Assembly (NCBI GenBank): GCA_963677745.1
Contig: OY782391.1
Span: 800,001-864,000 of the forward strand
Direction: 5' to 3'
Length of the DNA: 64,000 nt
Origin: Candidatus Altimarinota bacterium
GTDB taxonomy: Bacteria > Patescibacteriota > Gracilibacteria > UBA1369
Under the pieces are notes generated by a model, which was not told where the DNA came from, did no database searches, and saw nothing but the letters and a program-made list of their open reading frames with translations. Shown here piece by piece: positions 28,524 to 37,045 of this stretch. The position numbers and the translations under genes are program-made. Position 1 is the first letter of the stretch; every line of letters begins with the position of its first letter.

Positions 28524-29723
28524 ATGTCTGATTTCCCCAAAAAAAGAACAGACGAAAATCCCTGGAGGGCAGGAGCCATTATCCTGACCGAACAGGGTAT
28601 GATTATTGAGAAAGACCGGAAAGATAAACACATCGAGGAAAACTTGCGACAACTGCGCCGTGAGGAGGAAAAACTTACTCCCGAGAAAGCTACCGAGGAG
28701 ACTCTTTATTTTCTGCACCAGGTAATCGAGGATTTTAGCACCGGACGTTACTCTCTTCCTGGAGGAAAATTGGAAGAAGTAGATTATAAAAAAGCCAGGG
28801 CCAGAGGAATTATGGACATGCCCAGAAAAGAGATGACTGAACGGGAATATCGGATGTTTGAGGATGTCGGGCGCGAAGCCGCGATCAGGGAAGTTGGTGA
28901 AGAGCTTGGTTTGAAGATCAATCGGAACTCGGCCAGGAGGGCCAAAGAGATTAACGGCAAAGACCGCAATCATCTTATTTATCTGCTTCATGTGACGGGT
29001 CTTAACCGGAGAATAAGGATTTTCCCTGATGAAATCGAAGGTGTCGGTTTTCTCCAGAGGGATGACGGAATGTCGGTTTTATCGATGGAAGGATGTTATG
29101 TGCAGCATCACTTGATCGAGATAGCCCGTGATTTTATGAATACGAAGGAAGCGCTGAGACTGGCCCGCTCCTATCAATCCGAAATCAGTGTGGACTCCCA
29201 TCTGGTTCAAGACTGGCTGGGGACGCTTGGTAACATCTATGGATTCCGTTATCTGCGGGCCGAGGAGAAGTCCCGGTACAGAATCCCGACGCCGCAAAAG
29301 TTGATTTCGAGTCCGGTTTTTTCCATATTAAGGGTGGATGTGCATAATAACAAAACAAAGCGGGTAATAGTCGATTTTAGAGACCCTCCCAGCTTTACCA
29401 GAGGTAAGAAGTCTGTATTCATTCCCCGTGATGCCGAACCCCCCGAGAAAATCAGCCGCAGAAAAAGACGCAAAAAAAAGTCCCACTGCATGCGGTCGCC
29501 TGTCTTGGACCGGGAGATTCCGGAGCAGTCGGAAATCCTCCGCAAGGAATCACCCGCAATACCCCAAATTGCTCAAGAAGCCCACGCTGGAATATCCACT
29601 GCCTTGACCATTGAATCAACCGGCCCCCGCACCGCTCTTTGGGCCGTGCTGTCAAATGACCGGTCCAATTTCATTTGCACTCCGGACGGCGAAATAAACT
29701 TCAAACCTGACAAAAACGAGTAA
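28524..29723 (+). CDS. NUDIX hydrolase domain protein with insertions
   Basis: LPGGKLE ... AAIREVGEELGL Nudix box split by an insertion. Confidence 0.7.
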   Translation: MSDFPKKRTDENPWRAGAIILTEQGMIIEKDRKDKHIEENLRQLRREEEKLTPEKATEETLYFLHQVIEDFSTGRYSLPGGKLEEVDYKKARARGIMDMPRKEMTEREYRMFEDVGREAAIREVGEELGLKINRNSARRAKEINGKDRNHLIYLLHVTGLNRRIRIFPDEIEGVGFLQRDDGMSVLSMEGCYVQHHLIEIARDFMNTKEALRLARSYQSEISVDSHLVQDWLGTLGNIYGFRYLRAEEKSRYRIPTPQKLISSPVFSILRVDVHNNKTKRVIVDFRDPPSFTRGKKSVFIPRDAEPPEKISRRKRRKKKSHCMRSPVLDREIPEQSEILRKESPAIPQIAQEAHAGISTALTIESTGPRTALWAVLSNDRSNFICTPDGEINFKPDKNE

Positions 29724-29725
29724 AT

Positions 29726-29802
29726 TGGTCGGGGAGCCGGGACTCGAACCCGGGACCTCCTGGTCCCAAACCAGGCGCGCTAGCCAACTGCGCTACACCC
29801 CG
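29726..29802 (-). tRNA. tRNA-Pro (TGG), CCA encoded
   Basis: Reverse complement CGGGGTGTAGCGCAGTTGGCTAGCGCG-CCTGG TTTGGGA CCAGG-AGGTC CCGGGTTCGAGTCCCGG CTCCCCGACCA; 77 nt. Confidence 0.97.
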
Positions 29803-29980
29803 ATTGGCTTAACAATATTCTTTCAGCGACCTTCGTACACCTTTCCTTTCGCCGAAAAGCGCCTGAATTTTAAGGTATGCGGCAGTTCAAGTCAAACATT
29901 CGGCAGGCTTTTTTCCCCGGTTGCCGAAACCCTGCTGATCTGCGACAATACTTGGGAAAACAAATAGTTTTGCCAAAAAT

Positions 29981-30556
29981 ATGTATTTATCCGCCCGCCA
30001 AATTGCCGGAAGCAAGGTGTTTGATTCCGAAGGGCAGCCGGTAGGCCGTCTGGCCAGAATAATCTTGGATCCGTCCAATGGTCGGATTTTGGCATTTGAA
30101 TTGATTCAAAAAGGTGAGAAATATCTTTCACCGCGCGATGTGATTTCCTGGAAAAAGAACTATCTGGTGCTTGGACAGCAATATGAAATCCACACAGCGG
30201 CCGATCTGGTCAGGCTTCAGAAAGTGATCAGTCAGGGACGGCTGGATCTGCTGGGAAGGCCGGTTCGCACCGAAAGCGGCATCAAACTAGGAAGGGTTAC
30301 CGACTATAGCCTTCATTGCGATCATTTCATGTTGGCCAGCATTACCGTACAAAAAAGTTTTCTGGGTTTATGGTCATTCGACACCAGACTGATCCATCAG
30401 ACCAGCATCGTTGAGATCAAACCCCGCGAAATCATTGTCCATGATTCCCTGCTCAAACTCCCCGCCCGACAAGGTTCTCCCGATGAATTTGCCTTACAAA
30501 AGTCGCCCACTTTCGACCGGGCATTATCCGTTCCTGAAGACCGAACATCTCCTTGA
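29981..30556 (+). CDS. PRC-barrel domain protein (two barrels)
   Basis: G.KV.D.EG..VG and LLG.PVRTESG.KLG.V.D repeats. Confidence 0.85.
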   Translation: MYLSARQIAGSKVFDSEGQPVGRLARIILDPSNGRILAFELIQKGEKYLSPRDVISWKKNYLVLGQQYEIHTAADLVRLQKVISQGRLDLLGRPVRTESGIKLGRVTDYSLHCDHFMLASITVQKSFLGLWSFDTRLIHQTSIVEIKPREIIVHDSLLKLPARQGSPDEFALQKSPTFDRALSVPEDRTSP

Positions 30557-30944
30557 AGGCGGCCGCACCTTCATGATCATAGCCGAAAATGTGCAGCAGC
30601 GAATGTACAAACAAAAATTCCAGCTCGTCTTTAAAACTAACGCCGTGTGCGGCCGCCTGTTTTCTTGCGGTTACGGGCTCGATAAATATTTCACCGACCA
30701 GATTGTCACCTGGAAAGCTTTGCTCCTTTAAAAACGAAAATGACAAAACATCAGTTACCCGGTCTTTGCTCCGGTATTGGCAGTTCAGCGAGCGGATTTC
30801 CGCCGGCGCGACAAAATACAATTCCAGCGCTCCCGTCAGTTTTGATTGCTTCAGTACTTCCTCAGTCCTTTTCAGCCAATAATCCAGGCGCAGTCGCGCC
30901 GGCAGTAAAACTTTTGTCTGATTTTCACGGTAAAGTTTTAGCAT
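30453..30944 (-). CDS. ybeY: rRNA maturation RNase YbeY
   Basis: LN.QYR.KD..TDVLSF, GEIFI and HSLLHIFGYDH motifs. Confidence 0.93.
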   Translation of the reverse strand: MLKLYRENQTKVLLPARLRLDYWLKRTEEVLKQSKLTGALELYFVAPAEIRSLNCQYRSKDRVTDVLSFSFLKEQSFPGDNLVGEIFIEPVTARKQAAAHGVSFKDELEFLFVHSLLHIFGYDHEGAAAFKEMFGLQERIMPGRKWATFVRQIHRENLVGRGV

Positions 30945-30965
30945 CAGCTATTATTTCTCCCGCGG

Positions 30966-31685
30966 TTAGAGTTTTATTTGAGCGCTTTCTGCAGTCACGT
31001 TGTCGAGTTGTCCATAGTTGTCCACCAGTGACGAGGTCTGTCCTCCGGCCACAATTTTATTGGCATTTTCCAGAATTTTCAGAAATTCGTTTTTGTTGAT
31101 TGTTGAATCGGCCTCTTCTTTGGTTATCGTTTCCAGTATGCCATTTTGAACAGCCGTGGCCAGGTAACGGCTATACCACCAGCGGTCGCCGTCAAAGCTG
31201 AAAGCAAACCAGTTGTTCTGGGAAAGGTTTATTTCAAATTTTTCCTTCCAGTCCAGCATCCCGGAAGCCCCCATCGCCAGTTTAAGCGCTTCCACCCTGG
31301 TAATCGGTTGTTCGGGACGGAAAGGACTGTCTTCGGTCTGATAATAGCCCCTCACCAGGTCCAGCTTGGTGGCCAGATTAATTGATTTGTGAAAACGGTA
31401 AGCCGGATAAACATCAGGGTAGAGGATCAGCGGCTTGAACATTATCTTTTCAAAGTTGGTGCGCGATTCAAAGGCAAACAGGCAGGTTTCCAAATCCCGG
31501 TCACATTCATTCAAAAACAAATCGTTATTCTTTTCCAAATCAAAAAACTTCACAGCCAGATCGGTCGCTTCGCCTCTGGAGAGGGAATCGGCGGGAAATG
31601 ACTCGGCATTGCCCGTTCCCGGCCAGCTCAAAAGGGAAAAGAGGGCTGCCGATAAACAAAATGTTAATACGAAAATTTTCCTCAT
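30966..31685 (-). CDS. S-layer homology (SLH) domain protein
   Basis: Signal peptide; YPDV, V.GY, FRPEQPITRVEA and WY..Y...A...GI motifs. Confidence 0.85.
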   Translation of the reverse strand: MRKIFVLTFCLSAALFSLLSWPGTGNAESFPADSLSRGEATDLAVKFFDLEKNNDLFLNECDRDLETCLFAFESRTNFEKIMFKPLILYPDVYPAYRFHKSINLATKLDLVRGYYQTEDSPFRPEQPITRVEALKLAMGASGMLDWKEKFEINLSQNNWFAFSFDGDRWWYSRYLATAVQNGILETITKEEADSTINKNEFLKILENANKIVAGGQTSSLVDNYGQLDNVTAESAQIKL

Positions 31686-31754
31686 TTATTTTTGTTTTGC
31701 CTGCAGATTATAAACAACAAAGTAATTCTTCACAAGTTCACAATAGGGGATTGC

Positions 31755-32101
31755 TGTCCGGCCAAAATCCGTGCAACTGTCGATGGACAGACATGGACAG
31801 GGGAGTCGGCCTGTAGTCTTTTTAAAAAAGCGACTGTCTCCGTTTGTCCAGTGTTGTCGTCTACTGTCCAATAGACAGAAGTAGTCAGAATGAGCTGGGT
31901 TTGTGGCTTGTAATAAAGGTTTGACTATGTAGTGTCTACAGCTGTCTACCCGGGGTGACTACGGGTGTCTACACATGACTATATATATAGTGTAAAAAAC
32001 GGTTAAAACATGCATTGGGATTGGATGTGCCTGTCTATAGACGACTATAGAAGGCGTATGACAAGTGTCTATAGACTTCTATAGACATCTTCAGATGTCC
32101 G
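31755..32101. repeat. Array of about 20 TG(T/A)C(T/C)A-type hexamers, direct and inverted
   Basis: Direct copies at 31845, 31865, 31922, 31933, 31943, 31956, 31966, 31976, 32032, 32066; inverted at 31784, 31794, 31872, 31882, 32082; GTCTATAGAC palindromes at 32033 and 32067; further near-matches. Confidence 0.85.
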
Positions 32102-32150
32102 TAATATAATTATTACGAAATTCCTTTTTTGAATAATTAAACATACTGAA

Positions 32151-32831
32151 ATGCAGGTGATAGACCGCAAACAGGCTGCCGATATGCTCAATGTTTCGAT
32201 CCGTACGGTGGATCGGTATATTCAAAAAGGCGAGCTGGAAAAGGAAGAGGTAAACGGACGTATTTTCATCAGAACCGTCGGGCTCAAGAAACTTCTGGAA
32301 AAGAAGAAATTACAGGAAAGATATCTGGCTGAAATCGAGACCCTTTCCCCTCCTCCCGAAAAGTCCGAAAGTTTCGACCGATCCCCTTCTTCCGAGCGGG
32401 ATGCTGCGATTGAAGCAAATTATACCGACGAGGGCAGTGGATACTATGGCGGCGGGGCTCCGGAGGACGGAAACATTTACAAAAAACTCTATGAAGAGTC
32501 ACAGGAAGAATTAAAGCTCAAACAGGAGCGTCTGGAAGGGGCTAATTACCGTGTCGGACAGCTGGAAGGTCTGCTCAAGGAAACCGTCCCCCTGCTCGAA
32601 TACAAGAAAGCCCTGGCCGAACAGGAGCGACAGCGCGAGGAACTGGAGGATTTACTAAAGACTTTTGAAAAAGACAATGAACTCCTGAGTCAGACCGTCG
32701 AATCCAAAAGCACCGAATTGGTTCAGATCGGAGAAAGGCTGAAAGGGGAGCGTTTCAACAAAAAAATATTTATCATCATCCTGATAATTCTGTTTCTGCT
32801 CCAGCCGTTATGGCTTATTTTTCCTGCGTAA
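32151..32831 (+). CDS. HTH (MerR/excisionase-like) + coiled coil + C-terminal TM protein
   Basis: RKQAADMLNVSIRTVDRYIQKGEL HTH; heptad region at about aa 108-200; TM IFIIILIILFLLQPLWLIF. Confidence 0.88.
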   Translation: MQVIDRKQAADMLNVSIRTVDRYIQKGELEKEEVNGRIFIRTVGLKKLLEKKKLQERYLAEIETLSPPPEKSESFDRSPSSERDAAIEANYTDEGSGYYGGGAPEDGNIYKKLYEESQEELKLKQERLEGANYRVGQLEGLLKETVPLLEYKKALAEQERQREELEDLLKTFEKDNELLSQTVESKSTELVQIGERLKGERFNKKIFIIILIILFLLQPLWLIFPA

Positions 32832-33462
32832 GCGGCTGCAAGTCGAGCTCTTCCTGTTCTGTTACGGAAATGCTGTATTCCGGTTTATATCCTTGTATCC
32901 TGGATACTATGCCTCCGGCCTGTTTGAGTGCTCCGGCCAAAGTTTTCTGATCCCCGATTGCCTCAAATCTGAAAGGGGGACTGAGTATTTCTCCTCCCAG
33001 CAGTATTTGTCCGTTGGGCATGGTGTCGAACCCCAGATTGTCGGGGGTAATTCTGATGTTATTGACACTTACCGCTTCGGCGCCGGCTGAATAAAGTTCA
33101 TTGACCATGTCGGTAAACCACAAAGCTTCCAGTTCCCCGCTGATTTCAATTTTTATTCCCGGGCCTTTGGCTGCCTTTCTGCCGGAAATAATATTATATT
33201 TTTCAATTTCCTTTCTGATATTTTCCAGGGTCTGTTCCTTGTCGCTGCTGGCCGCCAAATCCTTTTGTAATTCCTCGACCTGGTCATTTAAATTCTGATT
33301 GCTCTTTTTGACTATCTGGATTTCCTTGAAAACGCTGATACGGCTTTCTCTGTTGTAATATTCATTGGCCTGGCTGACCGATTTGGACTGAAAGGAAAAA
33401 AGCAGTCCCATCAGGAGCCCCGTGCCCAGCATCACCAAAAGTCTCGGCAGATTTTCTTTCAT
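32815..33462 (-). CDS. DUF881 family protein
   Basis: TM, coiled coil, GPGI.I, VNELYSAGAEAVSVN, PPF..EAIGD. Confidence 0.88.
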   Translation of the reverse strand: MKENLPRLLVMLGTGLLMGLLFSFQSKSVSQANEYYNRESRISVFKEIQIVKKSNQNLNDQVEELQKDLAASSDKEQTLENIRKEIEKYNIISGRKAAKGPGIKIEISGELEALWFTDMVNELYSAGAEAVSVNNIRITPDNLGFDTMPNGQILLGGEILSPPFRFEAIGDQKTLAGALKQAGGIVSRIQGYKPEYSISVTEQEELDLQPLTQEK

Positions 33463-34178
33463 ATTTGCACGTATTTTAAGAGGTAGTCTCCGTCATAGAT
33501 CGGCAGCACGGCCAGATTCATCTTTTCGATTTCAAAACCGACCTGTTTATTCTTGATGCGATTGTAGAGATCGGGATAAGACTGCTGGTCGCTCAGACGG
33601 TTGGCGATCAGTTCCGTGTCGCCTACTACGGTAATCTCGTAAGGTGAAACCACCTTCACTTTGTTGATTAATATCTCGCTGCCCAGGGCATTGACGGTCG
33701 AATTGGGTGTAATGCGCTGCCCGTTGATGCTGATTCCTTCCACCTTGGCGGTTCGCAGCAGGTTAATCAGATCCCGCAGATCGGCGGCATGGATCAGATT
33801 GGCTTCGTTGGAAGCGCTTTTATCGTTGGAATTCTCCCAGAATTTGATGCGGATTCCGCTGCCGCGCAATTTGGTCAATCCCAGCTCCTGCCTCAGTGTT
33901 TCCAGTGTATCGAGTTTGGCCTGGTCGGCAGTCAGCTGCAATTTTGCCTGGTTGTCCTCGATTTTTTTTCGCAGATCGGCAATGGTATTTTTCAGACTGA
34001 CCCGGTCTTCGTCAAAACTGGCCAACAGCTCTTTTTGTGCGTTTATTTCGTCAACAATGAAAGAATTGGCTGCCACCGAACTCTGGAATTGGGCAGCCAG
34101 TAAGACACCTATCAGCACTCCCGCCACCACAAAGCTGACGATCAGGGCATTGAATGATTTAAAGGCTTTCCAGTTCAT
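33459..34178 (-). CDS. DUF881 family protein
   Basis: G.GI.I, IH..DLRDLIN.L, ISINGQR, PYEI..VGD. Confidence 0.88.
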   Translation of the reverse strand: MNWKAFKSFNALIVSFVVAGVLIGVLLAAQFQSSVAANSFIVDEINAQKELLASFDEDRVSLKNTIADLRKKIEDNQAKLQLTADQAKLDTLETLRQELGLTKLRGSGIRIKFWENSNDKSASNEANLIHAADLRDLINLLRTAKVEGISINGQRITPNSTVNALGSEILINKVKVVSPYEITVVGDTELIANRLSDQQSYPDLYNRIKNKQVGFEIEKMNLAVLPIYDGDYLLKYVQI

Positions 34179-34198
34179 AGAACGATATTAAGACAAAT

Positions 34199-35623
34199 TC
34201 AGGCGCTTGCCAAATTTCTGACCGAATCTTTAAAAAGTTTTCCCCTTTCCTCAAAATTTTTAAACAGGTTGTAACTGGGGGACGCGCATGACAAAAGGCA
34301 GATGGTTCCGGACGGAGTGACCCGGTAGGCTTCTTTTGCGCAGTCCTGCATCGTCTGGCAATGAATCAGCAGGGGAGCGGGATGGCCGGTTTGCGGGAGG
34401 TTTTTAAGTAAGGTTTTTACCGCTTCCTCAATCTTAAATCCGGTTTCCGGCAGCAGAATCAGATTGGAAATTTTGGATTTGACGATCAGGGCGGCCATGG
34501 CTTCAAAATTATAACCTCTATCCAGGCCCCCGGCGATCAGCGTGCCAACCGGTTTTTCACGGACCAGCGCCTCCATGGCCGCCATGGTGGACTCGGGCGT
34601 GGTGGAAATTGCATCATTGTAAAAAGTAATTCCTTTAAATTGCCCCACCAGTTCCAGCCGGTGCTCCAGCGGGCTGAATTCGGACAGCGCTTTGACCAGC
34701 ACTGCATCATCGATTTTCAGAATTTCGGCTACCCGGATTACGGCCAGCATATTTTCAAGATTATGTCTGCCCTGCAGTTTGATCTGATCCTCGCGGACAA
34801 TAGTTTTTCCGCTTCTTCTGGCTACCAGCAATCCGTTTTCAGTCTCTACGCCGCTCCCGATTTTATCATTGAACGGCAATACGCGGATGTCCCCCTGGAA
34901 AGCGCGTGCATATTTTTCGAAATAATCCCTCAGTCTTTCCTGTGCGGCATTGTAGATCACGGTAAACCCCGGCTGTGGCTGGGCGACCAGTTTCATTTTT
35001 GCTTCAAAATAACTGTCCAGATCGCCGTGATAATCCAGGTGTTCGGGAAAAAAACTGACCAGCACTGCAATTTCCGCCCCTCCCCGAAAATCCTCCAGCT
35101 GATAGCTGGACATCTCAAAAACGTAAGTAATATCCGCTTCATCATTGGCCAGATAATCCAGTGAAGCCTTGCCGATATTACCGATCAGTTCGCTTTTGAT
35201 TCCGGCGGTTTTCAAAAGCTGCCAAATCAGACTGGCCGTGGTGCTTTTTCCTTTTGATCCTGTCACGGCAATCACCCTGCCCTTTTTATATTTGAAAAAA
35301 AGATTGGTGGCGGACTCCATTTTGACACCCGAAAGCTTGGCCTGCTCTATCTGTTTCTGCCGCGGATTGATGCCCGGCGATCTGATTATGGCGTCAAATT
35401 CACGCAGATGTCCCAGATAGCTTTCACCGAAAAAACGGTTTTCCATTTTCACGTCCGCCAATTGTCCCAGTTCCTCGCGCGTCAGTTTTGCAGATTCCTT
35501 CCGGTCGGCTACCCCGATTTCCAGGGCCGGCCATTTATTCTTCATAAAACGCAAAACGGATTGGCCTTCCCGGCCGAATCCCAGTATCAAAATCTTTTTT
35601 CCCGACCAGTCAAAATCATTCAT
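34199..35623 (-). CDS. murD: UDP-MurNAc-L-Ala--glutamate ligase (probably MurD2, L-Glu specific)
   Basis: G.GREG, RSPG, TGSKGKSTT, EMSSYQL, HLDYHG, HRLE, NDAISTTP and GGLDRG motifs; coupled to murL. Confidence 0.93.
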   Translation of the reverse strand: MNDFDWSGKKILILGFGREGQSVLRFMKNKWPALEIGVADRKESAKLTREELGQLADVKMENRFFGESYLGHLREFDAIIRSPGINPRQKQIEQAKLSGVKMESATNLFFKYKKGRVIAVTGSKGKSTTASLIWQLLKTAGIKSELIGNIGKASLDYLANDEADITYVFEMSSYQLEDFRGGAEIAVLVSFFPEHLDYHGDLDSYFEAKMKLVAQPQPGFTVIYNAAQERLRDYFEKYARAFQGDIRVLPFNDKIGSGVETENGLLVARRSGKTIVREDQIKLQGRHNLENMLAVIRVAEILKIDDAVLVKALSEFSPLEHRLELVGQFKGITFYNDAISTTPESTMAAMEALVREKPVGTLIAGGLDRGYNFEAMAALIVKSKISNLILLPETGFKIEEAVKTLLKNLPQTGHPAPLLIHCQTMQDCAKEAYRVTPSGTICLLSCASPSYNLFKNFEERGKLFKDSVRNLASA

Positions 35624-37001
35624 ATTTTTTCAATAATTGCCGGAATTTGGCAGGGATAAATGGGGCCTGCTGCCCGGCCAGAATTTTTTGCCGTTCTTTT
35701 TTCCAGTCTTTTTTTCCCAGTTTGGGCAAAATCTTTTCCCGGAAAAATTTCACCAGCATAGAATCCTCATATTCCTCTTTCTGGCTGATCATCCACATGG
35801 CCAGTTGGCTTTCCTCGGAAGTGCCCACGCATTCAAAAGGCTTGAAATTTTTGACTCCCAACAGTTCCTGCAGCAGCGGCAGCAGATCATGTCTTTCCAG
35901 CAGATTGGAACCGAAAATCAGCATCAGCGTGGCTTTGTCGATAAAAGGCGCCAGAATAATAAATACAAACAGACATTTCGGACAATCGCAGCACCACAGG
36001 GTGGTGGAGCCCGATTTGTGTATTTTAAAATTACCGTTGCAGCTGGTAAAGACGCCGGCATATCTGTCCAGGTTGGGCAGACCGGCAAACATCTCGGCAA
36101 TTTTCAGCTCGTTATAGCCGCGCAGCAGGCTGAAAAATTGCACGCCGGAATGGATGTATTTTTTAACGTATTCCCGGAAATCCGCCTCAAATTCTTCGCT
36201 TTTGGAATACTGATGGTTGATGTCCATTCCGTGAAAGATCAGCTGGCCGCTGTTGGCCGATTTTTCCAGCGACATCACCAGATATTTGTGTCCGTAAACA
36301 ATCGAACAGATTAGCAGCAGAAAAGAAATGTAGCCGGTGATCGGCACATGGCCGTTATAAGCGCCTTCTTCATTCAGTTTGAAGAGCAGGCTGTCCAGCT
36401 GCCTTTCCACCACGATCCTGGGGATTTCCAGCACATGGGCGGTATTGGCGATGGGGGCGGCATTGCGCAGTGAGATCAGGGTCATATCGACGCCCGCTTT
36501 CTTGAGTATTTCGGCTGTCACTATCGAATCCTTGCCGCCCCCAATCGGCACCAGGGCCGACTCATTAAGAGCGGTCCGCGCGGGCTTTGGGCCTTCCGCC
36601 AATCTCGAAACAGGAAAATTAATCAGTCCCCGGAAATCCAGTTTATTCCTGTAAAAAAACTCCCCCAAACCCCGCTCATAAACTTTTTTCCAGAACGACG
36701 CCTGTTCCGAGTCCAGTTCCAGACCGGCCATCTCTCCCGGCAAATAGGTTTTATAATAGCTGATGCCTCCGATGATGTGCAGGGCTGCCACGGCTTTATC
36801 CAGAGCCTTAACCAGTTCCGGCGGAATTACTTTCCAGTCCACCGGCAGCCCCAGTGTCTCCTGGAAAAAAACTTTTTTATCCAGACTGTAATGCAGATCG
36901 ATCAATAATTTGCCTTCGCCGTTCAGACGATAGGCCCATTTTTCAAACCAGAATTTATTGTATGTCTTTTCCGCGGGCACTTTTGACATTTTATTTGCCA
37001 A
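35616..37001 (-). CDS. murL: UDP-MurNAc-L-Ala-L-Glu epimerase MurL
   Basis: SYYK, GLGEFFY.N, GGGKDS, NGHVP, NHQYSKS, FTSCN, WC..CPKC and KPFECVG motifs; overlaps the murD start. Confidence 0.88.
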   Translation of the reverse strand: MANKMSKVPAEKTYNKFWFEKWAYRLNGEGKLLIDLHYSLDKKVFFQETLGLPVDWKVIPPELVKALDKAVAALHIIGGISYYKTYLPGEMAGLELDSEQASFWKKVYERGLGEFFYRNKLDFRGLINFPVSRLAEGPKPARTALNESALVPIGGGKDSIVTAEILKKAGVDMTLISLRNAAPIANTAHVLEIPRIVVERQLDSLLFKLNEEGAYNGHVPITGYISFLLLICSIVYGHKYLVMSLEKSANSGQLIFHGMDINHQYSKSEEFEADFREYVKKYIHSGVQFFSLLRGYNELKIAEMFAGLPNLDRYAGVFTSCNGNFKIHKSGSTTLWCCDCPKCLFVFIILAPFIDKATLMLIFGSNLLERHDLLPLLQELLGVKNFKPFECVGTSEESQLAMWMISQKEEYEDSMLVKFFREKILPKLGKKDWKKERQKILAGQQAPFIPAKFRQLLKKYE

Positions 37002-37045
37002 TTAAACGGACTTCATATTAGCATAAAAAGGATAAAAATCTATCA

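Noticed and set aside
28400-29802. Integrative element at tRNA-Pro
   Set aside because: No integrase and no duplicated tRNA 3' end found in the window.
29725-29967. 80-aa ORF MVGEPGLEPGTSWSQ
   Set aside because: Antisense translation of tRNA-Pro.
31755-32101. CRISPR array or DnaA-box oriC
   Set aside because: Repeats are 6-10 bp with no repeat-spacer structure and no cas genes; no TTATCCACA boxes seen. A non-canonical origin cannot be excluded without genome-wide skew.
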